From Candidatus Eiseniibacteriota bacterium (GTDB lineage: Bacteria > Eisenbacteria > RBG-16-71-46), in contig JBGAMH010000001.1 in the NCBI GenBank assembly GCA_044223135.1, forward strand, positions 1 to 59,174: 59,174 nt of DNA, given 5' to 3'. Positions within the stretch are counted from its first letter, which is position 1. Every line of letters starts with the position of its first letter. Positions 8,325 through 17,746 of the stretch are shown here, piece after piece. The notes beneath the pieces are model-generated. The model searched no databases. It was not told the origin of the DNA and saw only the letters and a program-made list of their open reading frames with translations. The position numbers and the translations under genes are program-made.

Positions 8325-10279
8325 GCGCGGTCCCGGCGGGATCCGTCCTCGAGGCGGATCCCGCCCACCCGCTCGCGTTCGACGACGTTCCCGCGGACCA
8401 CCTGCTGCGCGCGTTCGGCGTGGAGTACGCGCACGTGCGGCCCGACGAGGGCGGCGACCTGTACGTGACGCGGTTCGGCTGGCCCGACCTGGCGTCGCTG
8501 CTGCCCGCGCGCTGGTACGCCGACGAGTGGTACTCGCGCGAGGGCACGCGTCTGCCCGGCTCCACGGGCACGGTGTACCGCGTGCGCACGCGCCCCGGGC
8601 CGGGGCGGCCGCTCGACGTGGTGGTGAAGTTCTCCCGCGTGGCGCAGGAGATCTCGGTGATGGTGGACAGCTCGTTCCCCGAGCGCATGCCGCCCGAGGT
8701 CCTCGCCGAGGCGCGGTTCAACAGCCCGATGGAGGAGTTCGGGCTCGTGAAGGAGCTGCGCGCCGCCGGCGCGGACTCGCCGGGCGGGCGGCTGCTCACG
8801 CAGCGTCCGCTCGCCATCTACGCGCCGCCCGAGGAGTTCGACCTGTGGCAGCTCGGGCGCACGCACAGCAGCTTCAGCACGCACCGGCTGCTGCTCGCCG
8901 ACGACCAGGACGACGAGGTCAAGGCGATCGAGCTCGACATCAAGCGCATCTACGTCCTGCTCTACGGCTGGGTCGACGGGCTCGACGCCGAGGACGCGTG
9001 GAGCACCGGCCTGCTGGACGAGAGCGAGTTCCGCGCGCTCACGCCGCGGGTGGTGCGCGAGATGTCGGAGCGCGGCTTCCGAGTGCTCGACAACAAGCCC
9101 AAGCACTTCATCCTGCGTCCGTGCGCGGGCGGCGGCCTGCTGCGGCGGCGCGGCCAGCTCGCGTACGCGCTCGTGGACTTCGAGCTGCTGCAGCGCACGG
9201 TGGAGCACCAGCAGGCGTTCCGTACGCGCCGCCAGCAGGAGTACTGGCGGCTGCAGAGCCGCCCGCCGAGCTCGGCGCCCGACGCCGGCCGCTCGCACCT
9301 GCGGCCGCTGCGCCTGTTCGGCGTGGACTACGTGTACGGCCACGCTCCCGACGGCGGCCGGCTGTGGGTGGTGGGCCGCGAAAGCAGCCTGTTCGACTAC
9401 TTCCTGCCCGAGCGCTGGCGACGCACGCCGCGCATCAAGCTGTCGATCGGCAACGAGGTCTACCGTACGCGCACGCGCGACGACGTGGACGTGGTCTACC
9501 GCCGCTCGCGCGTGGGACTGCGGCCGCACGCCGACCCGCTCACGCCGCAGGGCAAGGCGATCCGCGAGGCGGGGCACAACAGCCCGTTCGAGGAGATCGC
9601 GATCGCCGAGCGGCTGCGCGAGATGGGCGTGCCCACCACGCGCCCGCGCGCCGTGTACCAGACCGCCCACCGTTCGCTGAAGGTGCAGCGACTGCGCGAT
9701 CCGCGCCGTTTCGCCGAACACGCCGCGCTGCTCACGCCCGACTCGCCGCCCGAGACCGTGCTGAGCCCCGATCACGACTACTACGTGATCTGGGACACGT
9801 TCACCGGACCGGCGGAGTCGTTCGGCTCCGTGCCCGAGCACACGCGCTGCCTGGAGCGGCTCTGCGAGGAAGGGCTCGTCTCCGCGCCCGACCGCGAGGC
9901 GGCGCTCGCGCACGCGCGCGAGCGGCTCGCGGCCCGCGGGCTGCCGGTGGCCAGCATCAGCGACGACGAGTACATGGTGCGGCTGGGCCGCGACGGCGCT
10001 CCGCGGCACAGCGGCGGCACGATCGAGCTGAACCTGGTGCTCGACGCGCTCACCGCGCACGAGTACGGACTGCTCGACGAACACGCGTATCTCATGCTGC
10101 TCGAGAACTTCGAGCGCCGGCTGAACGCGGTGGACTTCGAGAAGCTCGACCTCGGCGGGCGCGACCTGCTGGTGACGCTCGACTCCGAGGGCCGGTTCCG
10201 CCGCGACGCCACGGGCGAGGTCCACGCGGCGCTCTGCGACCTGTCGCTGGTGCGCGGGCTCTACCGCCCGCTCCGCTGA
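8321..10279 (+). CDS. tandem protein-kinase-like (Kdo/WaaP/RIO-like) two-domain protein, putative
   Basis: In-frame GTG at 8321-8323 overlaps the malic-enzyme TGA (GTGA). The two halves are homologous (see finding). The first half has [18 protein letters not shown] and VDFE. The part of track ORF 7349-10279 upstream of 8321 is a shadow of maeA. Confidence 0.7.
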   Translation: MSAVPAGSVLEADPAHPLAFDDVPADHLLRAFGVEYAHVRPDEGGDLYVTRFGWPDLASLLPARWYADEWYSREGTRLPGSTGTVYRVRTRPGPGRPLDVVVKFSRVAQEISVMVDSSFPERMPPEVLAEARFNSPMEEFGLVKELRAAGADSPGGRLLTQRPLAIYAPPEEFDLWQLGRTHSSFSTHRLLLADDQDDEVKAIELDIKRIYVLLYGWVDGLDAEDAWSTGLLDESEFRALTPRVVREMSERGFRVLDNKPKHFILRPCAGGGLLRRRGQLAYALVDFELLQRTVEHQQAFRTRRQQEYWRLQSRPPSSAPDAGRSHLRPLRLFGVDYVYGHAPDGGRLWVVGRESSLFDYFLPERWRRTPRIKLSIGNEVYRTRTRDDVDVVYRRSRVGLRPHADPLTPQGKAIREAGHNSPFEEIAIAERLREMGVPTTRPRAVYQTAHRSLKVQRLRDPRRFAEHAALLTPDSPPETVLSPDHDYYVIWDTFTGPAESFGSVPEHTRCLERLCEEGLVSAPDREAALAHARERLAARGLPVASISDDEYMVRLGRDGAPRHSGGTIELNLVLDALTAHEYGLLDEHAYLMLLENFERRLNAVDFEKLDLGGRDLLVTLDSEGRFRRDATGEVHAALCDLSLVRGLYRPLR

Positions 10280-10280
10280 C

Positions 10281-10311
10281 CGCGCGGGGCCCCGCGCGGG
10301 GGCCCCGCGCC
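10281..10311. terminator. GC-rich palindromic hairpin between convergent genes
   Basis: Sequence cgcgcggggccccgcgcgggggccccgcgcc contains the self-complementary GCGCGGGGCCCCGCGC plus an overlapping near-copy. It fills the 36-nt gap between two convergent stops. There is no U-tract. Confidence 0.35.
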
Positions 10312-10315
10312 CGCC

Positions 10316-13300
10316 TCAGGGCAGCAGCGTCAGCTTGCGCACCACGTCGGCACGCGCGCCGTCCACCACGCCGGTCAGCCGCGCGTAGTAGACGCCCGCC
10401 GCCACCGGCTCGCCACGCTCGTCGCGCGCCGCCCACTCCACGCGCTGCTCGCCCGCGTCGCGCTCGGACTTGAACAGCGAGGCCACTCGCCGGCCGGTCA
10501 CGTCGTACACGTCGAGCTGCGCCGGCCCGGCCATCGGCAGCGCGAACGCGAAGCGGAAGCGGCGGCCCGGGTTGCCGTCCACGCGCAGCGACAGCCGCGC
10601 GGGGGCGCCGGCGGCGGGCACGCCCGTCACCTGGTCCACCGCGTCGCACGCCAGGCAGAACTGGCGCTCGGGGTTGTAGCCGTACATCGACCACACGTTG
10701 CGCGGCGCAAGGCGCTGCTGCGGCGAGTTCGTCTCGATCACCGCCATCGTCGCGCCCAAAACCACCATGTCCAGGAGGCCGTCTTCGTCCACGTCGCCCG
10801 TGGCCGGCGTCATCTCCACCTGCATGTCGAGGTCCTTGGGCCAACCCGTGTTCGTCGTACCGAAGTTGCTCCACGACCACGCCCGCGAGTCGCGCCCCGC
10901 CAGGAAGACGTCGGGGCTGCCCACGAGCACGTCCACGATCGGCGACGCGTACGTGAGCCAGCCGTCGGTGTGCGTGACCGGGAAGCCGCTCATCGCGCCG
11001 TTCAGGGACGTGACCGCCTGCAGCCGCGGCGTCAGGGCGCCGCGCTCGGTCCAGAACACCTCCGGTTCACTGGTGCCGCGGAAGTTCGCGGCGATCGGGC
11101 TGTTCAGGATCTCGCCGGCGGACGCCGTGTTCGGCCAGCCCGGCATGTCGGAGCCGTCGGGGCGGAACGCGTAGAGGTCGCCCTGCTCGCTGGCCGCGAG
11201 GATCTCCAGGTCGCCGTCGAGATCGAGGTCCGCGAGCGCGGGCGGCGCGCCGAACGTCTTCCCGGGCAGCGAGCGAAACGCCTGCACGCTGCCGTCGGTG
11301 CGGAACACGTCCATGAAGCCGTCCTGCAGGATCACGATCTCGCGATCCCCGTCGTGGTCCACGTCGCCGATCGCGGCGGGCCCGGCGACGCTCGACACGG
11401 TGTTCATGCCGGCCCCCACCTGCGCACCGTCGTGGCCGATGCGGCGAATGCGCGTGCCCGTGGCCGCCACGATCTGCAGCCGCGCGGGGTCTTCGAATCG
11501 TCCCAGCGACACGTACGTGGATCCCGAAACGCCCATCGCGTGCGGGAACCCCGGCAGCAGCGTGCCGTCGCCGTGGAATGCGTACACCTGCCCGGTCGTG
11601 TTGCCCGCGACGACTTCATTGCGCCCGTCGCCGTCGATGTCCCCCACCGCCACCGGGCCGCGCCACGCCACGTTGCCGATGTCCACCGGCCAGCCCGCGG
11701 CCAGCGTGCCGTCGTGGTTGCGCACCACGACGTTGCCACCGTCGTCGGAGAACACGATCTCGCGCTGCGGGTCGCCGTCGACTTCGGCGATCGCCGGCGG
11801 CGAGGCCGCGGCGATCGGCAGCGGAATCGGGAACCCCGGCGCATAGTTCGGCCGCCCCGGTTCGCGCAGCCACTCGGCGTCGAAGAACACCGTGTCGGGG
11901 CCCGACAGGCTCGCACGCGTCCACAGGAATCCCGCCTGGTGGCCGCGCGTGGGGTCGGTCACCAGCACGTCGTCCACGTAGATCGTCAGCGTGTTCTGGG
12001 TGTAGTTCCGATCGGCGGCGACCGCGACCGCTCCGAATGCGCGTGGCGTCGCCGCCGGCGCCGTGGACAACGCGTAGTCCCCGAACGATTCCCCGTGGCA
12101 GAGCAGGCGGAAGTTGCCGAGGGCGTCGCTATCGAGGCACGACGGCAGGCTCGACGGCAGCGGGCTCGCGGCGGCGACCGGCCACGTCGCGCCGTCGTCG
12201 GTGGACTGGCGCGCCGTCGCACCGATGATCCCGAGCGTGGCGTCGACACGGTAGTGGGTCAGGATCACGTCACCCGTCAACGGAGACGCCGCGACGTCGG
12301 CCGCGCCCTGGTCTTCGCCGTCGTTGTTGGCCGTGACGGCCACCACGGGTTGCCAGTCGGTGGAGGCGGCCATGAAGTTCAGCGCCCGGCGGTACCGCAC
12401 CGCACGATCGAGCCCGGTGCTCGCGTCGGGCAGGAACTCGTACGTGCAGTGCACCACGCCGCCACGGCCGTAGCGGATCTGCGGCACGCCGTAGCGCCGG
12501 TCGCCCGACGACAACGTCGCGATCGTGTAGCCCGCATCCCACGATGCGCCGAACGTGGTGGAGCGCGTCACCCAGATGTCGTCGCCGTTGCCGTCGCCAC
12601 CGGTGGCCGCCAGGAACAGCCGGTAGCCCGACTCGGAGCGCTCGGACGAGTGCAGCGACGGCGAGTTGAACGCGATCGCCGCCGAAGCGAGCGCCGTGAC
12701 TTCGGTCCACACCGACGCCGGCGACGCGAGCGGCTTCCAGGCCACGCGGATCGTCGCGTTCACGGCGGGCGCCGAGTACGCATACGCCACGTAGACGTTG
12801 TCCACCGCGCCTTCGCCGACGTGCAGGCTGACGCTGCGATAGCTGACGCCGGGCGTTGCGCTGCCCAGCGTGCCGTAGGACGACCAGTGCAGGCCGCCGT
12901 CGACGGACCGGAACACGCGGATCTCGGAATCGATCGGGGCGCCCGGGTCGATGTCCACGGCCACGGCGGCGTAGAGGTCGCCGGTGCTGTCGTCCACGTC
13001 CAGCGACATGTCGCCGCCCGTGGCCAGGTCGGCGCCGGTGGTCAGCATCACGTCGTCGCCACCGATGGCGTCGAAGTCGCTGACCTGCGTGCTGGCCGCA
13101 CCGAAGCGCTGCGCGGCGCGCGACACGAGCGCGTGCTCGACCCTCGACGGATCGATGGGCGCCGCGACGGGACGCGACCCGCCGGCGGGCGCGGGCCCGT
13201 CGTCGGGCGCGTCCGCGCGCGCGGCGCGAACCGGCACGAACGCCAGCGCGAGCAGAAGGCCGAGCGCGAACCGGAACCGGAGGCGGCTGCGAGCAGGCGG

Positions 13301-13324
13301 GGGAACGGGCGGCGTAGCGGACAT
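10316..13324 (-). CDS. secreted BNR/Asp-box + FG-GAP/VCBS repeat protein with FlgD-Ig/T9SS-like C-terminal domain
   Basis: Signal peptide MSATPPVPPPARSRLRFRFALGLLLALAFVPVRAARA. Asp-boxes SVDGGLHWS and STDDGATWP. FG-GAP repeats GDIDGDGRNEVVAG, GDVDHDGDREIVIL, ADLDLDGDLEILAA and GDVDEDGLLDMVVLG. The C-terminus reads LDVYDVTGRRVASLF..AAGVYYARLTG..VRKLTLLP. Confidence 0.88.
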   Translation of the reverse strand: MSATPPVPPPARSRLRFRFALGLLLALAFVPVRAARADAPDDGPAPAGGSRPVAAPIDPSRVEHALVSRAAQRFGAASTQVSDFDAIGGDDVMLTTGADLATGGDMSLDVDDSTGDLYAAVAVDIDPGAPIDSEIRVFRSVDGGLHWSSYGTLGSATPGVSYRSVSLHVGEGAVDNVYVAYAYSAPAVNATIRVAWKPLASPASVWTEVTALASAAIAFNSPSLHSSERSESGYRLFLAATGGDGNGDDIWVTRSTTFGASWDAGYTIATLSSGDRRYGVPQIRYGRGGVVHCTYEFLPDASTGLDRAVRYRRALNFMAASTDWQPVVAVTANNDGEDQGAADVAASPLTGDVILTHYRVDATLGIIGATARQSTDDGATWPVAAASPLPSSLPSCLDSDALGNFRLLCHGESFGDYALSTAPAATPRAFGAVAVAADRNYTQNTLTIYVDDVLVTDPTRGHQAGFLWTRASLSGPDTVFFDAEWLREPGRPNYAPGFPIPLPIAAASPPAIAEVDGDPQREIVFSDDGGNVVVRNHDGTLAAGWPVDIGNVAWRGPVAVGDIDGDGRNEVVAGNTTGQVYAFHGDGTLLPGFPHAMGVSGSTYVSLGRFEDPARLQIVAATGTRIRRIGHDGAQVGAGMNTVSSVAGPAAIGDVDHDGDREIVILQDGFMDVFRTDGSVQAFRSLPGKTFGAPPALADLDLDGDLEILAASEQGDLYAFRPDGSDMPGWPNTASAGEILNSPIAANFRGTSEPEVFWTERGALTPRLQAVTSLNGAMSGFPVTHTDGWLTYASPIVDVLVGSPDVFLAGRDSRAWSWSNFGTTNTGWPKDLDMQVEMTPATGDVDEDGLLDMVVLGATMAVIETNSPQQRLAPRNVWSMYGYNPERQFCLACDAVDQVTGVPAAGAPARLSLRVDGNPGRRFRFAFALPMAGPAQLDVYDVTGRRVASLFKSERDAGEQRVEWAARDERGEPVAAGVYYARLTGVVDGARADVVRKLTLLP

Positions 13325-13530
13325 GGGAATCTCCCGGGGCGAGAAGGTGTCGGCCGGCGTCGGGGCGGGCGAGCCGGGTGCCGGAGCCCCGCGGCCAGGC
13401 AGGACTCGCCACCGATACCGGAAAGCCCGCCCCGGGGGCTCACGCGCCGCGCCCGCCCGAAGCACGCCAGCAACACGTTGCAGGGCAATGCACTACCGGC
13501 GCGTCACCGGGGCTCCCCGGGCGCCGCGGG

Positions 13531-14226
13531 TCAACCGAGCAGCTTCGCCAGTCCGAACGCCGCGCCGGCGGCGAGCCCGCCCACCAGCATCGTCTGGAAG
13601 CCGCTCTTCACCGGGCTCGCGCCCGTGAAGCGGCCCTTCAGGAAGCCGAACACGAGCAGCGCCACCAGCGTGAACGCCACCGACACCCCGAGCGCGCGCT
13701 GCGCCTCCGGCACGAAGAAGTACGGCGCCAGCGGCACGAGACCGCCCGCGATGTAGGCGAACGCGATCGTGAGCGCGCTCGTCAGCGCTCGCCGCGGGTC
13801 GGGCTCTTCCAGCCCCAGCTCGAACCGCATCATGAAATCCACCCACGCCTTCGGCTTCGCCTCGAGCGCCGCCACCACCGGCGCGCTGGCCACGTCGTCC
13901 ACGCCGTACGTGCGGAAGATCGCGCGCACCTCCTCGCGCTCGAACTCGGTCTTCTGCACGATCTCGAGATCCTCGCGCCGTCGCTCGCTGGCGTAGTGGT
14001 CGGCGTCGCTCTTCGCGGCCAGGTAGCCGCCGAGGCCCATCGCGATCGAACCCGCGGCGATCTCGGCGAGGCCGGCCGTCAGGATGATGCCCGTGCTGGC
14101 GACGGCGCCCGAAAGGCCCGCGGCCAGCGCGAACGGCACGGTGAGCCCGTCCGACATGCCGATGACGGCGTCGCGCACGGTTTCGCCGGCGGTGAAGTGC
14201 TTCTCGATGTGTGGCGTCTGCGGCAT
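13531..14226 (-). CDS. VIT1/CCC1-family iron/manganese transporter
   Basis: 231 aa. Contains MPQTPHIEKHFTAGETVRDAVIGMSDGLTVPFALAAGLSGA, an EEPDPRRALTSAL segment and C-terminal transmembrane helices. The rest of track ORF 13531-16941 is shadow. Confidence 0.85.
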   Translation of the reverse strand: MPQTPHIEKHFTAGETVRDAVIGMSDGLTVPFALAAGLSGAVASTGIILTAGLAEIAAGSIAMGLGGYLAAKSDADHYASERRREDLEIVQKTEFEREEVRAIFRTYGVDDVASAPVVAALEAKPKAWVDFMMRFELGLEEPDPRRALTSALTIAFAYIAGGLVPLAPYFFVPEAQRALGVSVAFTLVALLVFGFLKGRFTGASPVKSGFQTMLVGGLAAGAAFGLAKLLG

Positions 14227-14358
14227 GATCGCCTCCTCGGGCGAAGGTGTGGGAGAACCCGCGCGCAGCTTCCGCCCGCCGCGACGCGCGCGCAACGCCC
14301 GGGGCCGCCGGGCCGCGGCGCTCGAACCCGTCCGCTCCCCTCGCACCCGGAGACCCCG

Positions 14359-15627
14359 CTGGCCCGCATCGTCCTCGCCACGTTCGGTTCGCTCGGCGAC
14401 CTGCACCCGTTCCTCGCGCTCGGCGAGGCGCTCGCCGCGCGCGGCCACGATCCCGTGGTGACCGCCAGCGAGAGCTACCGGCCGCGCGTCGAGTCGCTGG
14501 GGCTCGCGTTCGCGCCGCTGTCGCCGGACATCGCGCGCTGGGAGCACGACACCGCGGCCATGCAGGGCGCCATGCACCTGCGCGGCGGTTCGGAGTGGAT
14601 CTTCCGCCACATGGTGGCGCCCCACGTGGAGGCGACCGGGCCCGAACTGCTGCGCGCGTGCGAGGGCGCGAGCGCGATCGTGCACAGCACGCTCGTACTG
14701 GGCGCCGCCCCGGTGGCCGAGAAGCTCGGCCTGCCGCGCGTCGCCGCGACGCTGCAGCCGCTCGCGATGTTCTCGGCGAACGACCCGCCGCTGTCGCCCG
14801 GGTTGCCGCTGGTGTCGGCCGCGCTGCGCTCGCATCCCGCGGTCGCGCGCGCGCTGATGCGCCTGGCGCGGATGGCCACGCGCGACTGGTTCGCACCCGT
14901 GGCGCGGCTCCGACGCACGCTCGGCGTGTCGCCGCGGTTCGCGCACCCGATCTTCGATGCCGACGCCGGCGCCGCCGCGCACCTGGCGATGTTCTCGCGC
15001 CACTTCGCACCCGACCCGGGCGACTGGTCCGCGCACACGCGGCAGACCGGCTTCGCGTACTTCGACCACGCGCCCGGGCCGCGCGAGCTGCCGGCGGAAC
15101 TGCGCGCGTTCCTCGAGGCGGGGCCGCCACCGGTGGTGTTCACGCTGGGCTCGGCCGCCGTGTGGGTGGCCGGCGCGTTCTACGAGCACGCGTTCCGCGC
15201 CGCGCGCGAGTTGGGCGTGCGCGCCGTGCTGCTGACCGGCGAGCGGCCCGGGAACGCTCCGCGCGAAACGCACCCGGACGTGTACGTGACCGGCTGGGCG
15301 CCCTACTCGCTGCTGTTCCCGCACGCCGCGGCGCTCGTGCACCAGGGCGGCATCGGCACCACCGCGCAGGCGCTGCGAGCGGGCCGATCTCAGATCATCG
15401 TGCCGTGGAGCCACGACCAGCCCGACAACGCGCGGCGCTGCGAGCAGTTGGGCGTGGCGCGCACGATCGGCCGCGAGCGCGCGGACGCCGACGCGATGGC
15501 GCGCGCGCTGCGCGCCGTGCTCGCCGACGCCACGATGGCCGCGCGCGCCCGCGCGATGGCCGAAGCGATCCGCGCGGAGGACGGCGCGGGAGCCGCGGCG
15601 GGGGTGGTGGAGCAGATCTCGCGCTAG
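14359..15627 (+). CDS. GT1 (MGT/UGT-like, GT-B fold) glycosyltransferase; start codon uncertain
   Basis: N-terminal loop IVLATFGSLGDLHPFLALGEALAARGH. C-terminal nucleotide-sugar motif HQGGIGTTAQALRAGRSQIIVPWSHDQPDNA. No ATG, GTG or TTG lies close to the conserved N-terminus. CTG 14359 sits 6 nt after GGAG. Confidence 0.75.
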   Translation: MARIVLATFGSLGDLHPFLALGEALAARGHDPVVTASESYRPRVESLGLAFAPLSPDIARWEHDTAAMQGAMHLRGGSEWIFRHMVAPHVEATGPELLRACEGASAIVHSTLVLGAAPVAEKLGLPRVAATLQPLAMFSANDPPLSPGLPLVSAALRSHPAVARALMRLARMATRDWFAPVARLRRTLGVSPRFAHPIFDADAGAAAHLAMFSRHFAPDPGDWSAHTRQTGFAYFDHAPGPRELPAELRAFLEAGPPPVVFTLGSAAVWVAGAFYEHAFRAARELGVRAVLLTGERPGNAPRETHPDVYVTGWAPYSLLFPHAAALVHQGGIGTTAQALRAGRSQIIVPWSHDQPDNARRCEQLGVARTIGRERADADAMARALRAVLADATMAARARAMAEAIRAEDGAGAAAGVVEQISR

Positions 15628-17657
15628 GGATCGGGCGACGGCGCGATGAGAAGCGGCAGGTCGAGGACGGCCCAGGCCACGGGCCCGGCGGCACCACGCG
15701 TGGGTTGCGCACCCGCAGCCCAGAGCACGCGCCCGAGCGATCCACCGAAGCCGGTATCGGGTCCGCGCGTGCGCACGGGCTCCGACACCGCGGAAAGGTC
15801 CACCGGGTGATCGGTCACGACGAGCTTCAGGTGATCGACTCCGAGCGGAGGCTCCACACGCCACCAGTCGGGGGCAACGAAGGTGCTCCCGGCCTCCACC
15901 GACACGCTCACCGCGCCTTCGGGCTCGAGCACGTCGCACACGCGATCGGGCCCGACGTGCAACACCGCCACGCACACGCGACGCCCCGTGCGGTTCGTGA
16001 TCACGGCACGCACCCGGTCGCCGACCTCCACCGATGTCGGCGACCCGCCGGGGTGGAGCGTGTCCGACGCGGCGCCACTTCGTGTTCGGCGACGCTCGAC
16101 GACCAGCGAGAAGTCGATGCCGTCGGCGAGAGAAGGCCCCATGGTCCCGAGCCGGCGAACGTTCTCCGCCAGCGCCACCCGGCGAAGCGCGGTTTCGAGG
16201 CTGTCCACGCCCGCCTCGCTGGCGGCGGGGAACACGCGGTCGAGCGCCACGACTCCTCCGTCCAGGACGATCGCGAGGCCAGGAGGGCGCCGTGCGCGTG
16301 CCGAGCGCGCGTCGCCGGGTGCGAGCACCGTCGCCGCGATCACGCCGAGTGTCGGCGCCGCGCCGCCGCCGGAGGTCGCGTCCACCAACTCGAGCAGCGG
16401 GTCGCCCTTCAACCGATCCCGCAACCGTGCGCGCGCGAACTCCGCCACGCTGTCCGGCGCTTCCCAGGCGAAGCGAACCGGCTCGTACCCCACGCCTGGA
16501 CGACGCATGAATGCACGCGCGCCATCGGGAAGCACGATGGATTCGTCCACCCGGAGACGGCAGTCCGACGGTGCGACCTGAACGACGGGGCCTTCCACCA
16601 GGACGGAATCGTCTCTCGCGGAGCCAGCGTGCGGGGCGCGCACCGCGAGTACGGCGCCGAGCGTGATGCCCTGCAGAAGGCCGGCCTCGACGCGCAGCAG
16701 GCCGCGCCCCTCGATCCGCACGGCCAGATCCGCGCCGTCGTCCCTTGCCGAGCCTCCGAACACGGGCTGATCCAGCGGGCCCTCGCCGAGTGGAACCTGT
16801 GCCTGGTATCGCGCCCGGATCGCCCCTCCCACGCGCGCGAGGACCTGTGCGTAGGTCGTCCGTGAGGAAGCGGTCTCGAGCACCCGGGCGAGCTGATAGC
16901 TGAACACGCTGCGGAATTCGCCGCCGATGTCCTCGACCCACGATCGTTGTCCGGGCGGAGCCGCGAACAACGCGACCCCCATCGAGTCCTCGTCCGCACG
17001 GCCGCCGTGCGGGTGGACCGTCGCTCGCGACGGGGGCAGGCCATTCTGGACCCGGCCAGTCGCGAGCCCGCGCGTCAACGTTCCCGCATGGCAGGCGTCG
17101 AAGATCAGCACGACGCGCGTCGTGTACCGACGCAACTCGGCGAGCAGGTCCGCCAGCTCGTCGTCGACGACGTCGGGGATCAGCCCCTCCGGATCACGCC
17201 CGTCCCACGGCACGAGCGTCTCGTCGTAGCCGTCCGGTTCCCAGGGTTCGTGGTCGAGGTCCGCGGCACGCGAACCGTGCCCGCTGTACTGGAGCACGCA
17301 GAGCGCGCCGGGATGGAGCCGGGCGTTCTCCACGAGTTGCTCACGAATCGCCGAGAGGATGCCCGCACGGGTGGCCTGTGAATCCGCCAGGGTCCGGAAG
17401 TCCTCCGACCGGAATCCGTAGTGGCGCACCAGGACTTCGCGCAGATCGCGCACGTCCGCGACCGGCCCCGGAAGCCGGGGCACCCACCGGTAGTGCTCGA
17501 TTCCGATCTGCAGGACGAACCGGGCCGTCGGAGGGGGCGTCCGGGGATCTGGCGTTCCGGCCCACGCGCCGGCGGCGGCCGCTACGAGCTGGAGCGCAAG
17601 CAAGCCTGCCCACAGACGTGCGGCCGGCAGCCCGCCTGCCCGAAACCGTCCGATCAT
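15624..17657 (-). CDS. exported caspase-like peptidase (family C14) with beta-rich C-terminal extension (DUF4384-like, tentative)
   Basis: Signal peptide MIGRFRAGGLPAARLWAGLLALQLVAAAAGAWAG. Catalytic dyad contexts LQYSGHGS and LIFDACHAGT. SD gggagg lies before the ATG. The stop overlaps the convergent glycosyltransferase stop by 4 nt. Confidence 0.85.
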   Translation of the reverse strand: MIGRFRAGGLPAARLWAGLLALQLVAAAAGAWAGTPDPRTPPPTARFVLQIGIEHYRWVPRLPGPVADVRDLREVLVRHYGFRSEDFRTLADSQATRAGILSAIREQLVENARLHPGALCVLQYSGHGSRAADLDHEPWEPDGYDETLVPWDGRDPEGLIPDVVDDELADLLAELRRYTTRVVLIFDACHAGTLTRGLATGRVQNGLPPSRATVHPHGGRADEDSMGVALFAAPPGQRSWVEDIGGEFRSVFSYQLARVLETASSRTTYAQVLARVGGAIRARYQAQVPLGEGPLDQPVFGGSARDDGADLAVRIEGRGLLRVEAGLLQGITLGAVLAVRAPHAGSARDDSVLVEGPVVQVAPSDCRLRVDESIVLPDGARAFMRRPGVGYEPVRFAWEAPDSVAEFARARLRDRLKGDPLLELVDATSGGGAAPTLGVIAATVLAPGDARSARARRPPGLAIVLDGGVVALDRVFPAASEAGVDSLETALRRVALAENVRRLGTMGPSLADGIDFSLVVERRRTRSGAASDTLHPGGSPTSVEVGDRVRAVITNRTGRRVCVAVLHVGPDRVCDVLEPEGAVSVSVEAGSTFVAPDWWRVEPPLGVDHLKLVVTDHPVDLSAVSEPVRTRGPDTGFGGSLGRVLWAAGAQPTRGAAGPVAWAVLDLPLLIAPSPDP

Positions 17658-17746
17658 CCGTTCCCCTCCCTTCGTGCTTCGGCCATAGTGCGACACCTCC
17701 CCGACGGTGCGACGAGTACCCGGACGACAGCAACCCGAGACGGAGC

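Noticed and set aside
6567-10225. Long minus-strand ORFs 6567-8135 and 8288-10225 opposite malic enzyme and the kinase-like gene
   Set aside because: The translations are Arg/Ala/His-rich low-complexity sequence. The opposite frames carry unambiguous malic-enzyme motifs and an internally duplicated domain.
10970-13756. 928-aa plus-strand ORF opposite the BNR/FG-GAP gene
   Set aside because: Shadow ORF. The minus frame has Asp-boxes, FG-GAP repeats, a signal peptide and the C-terminal sorting domain.
14227-16941. Upper 900 codons of track ORF 13531-16941 (-), and ORF 14247-16865 (+)
   Set aside because: Only the last 231 codons (the VIT1 transporter) look like a protein. The rest overlaps the glycosyltransferase and caspase genes and is Arg/Gly/Pro junk.
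17667-17695. Partial match to the bipartite element (ttcgtgct ... gtgcgaca) upstream of the caspase gene
   Set aside because: The box spacing is N9 rather than N13, and both boxes carry mismatches. It would lie only 10-38 nt from the start codon and overlap the SD region. I do not count it as a fifth regulon member.
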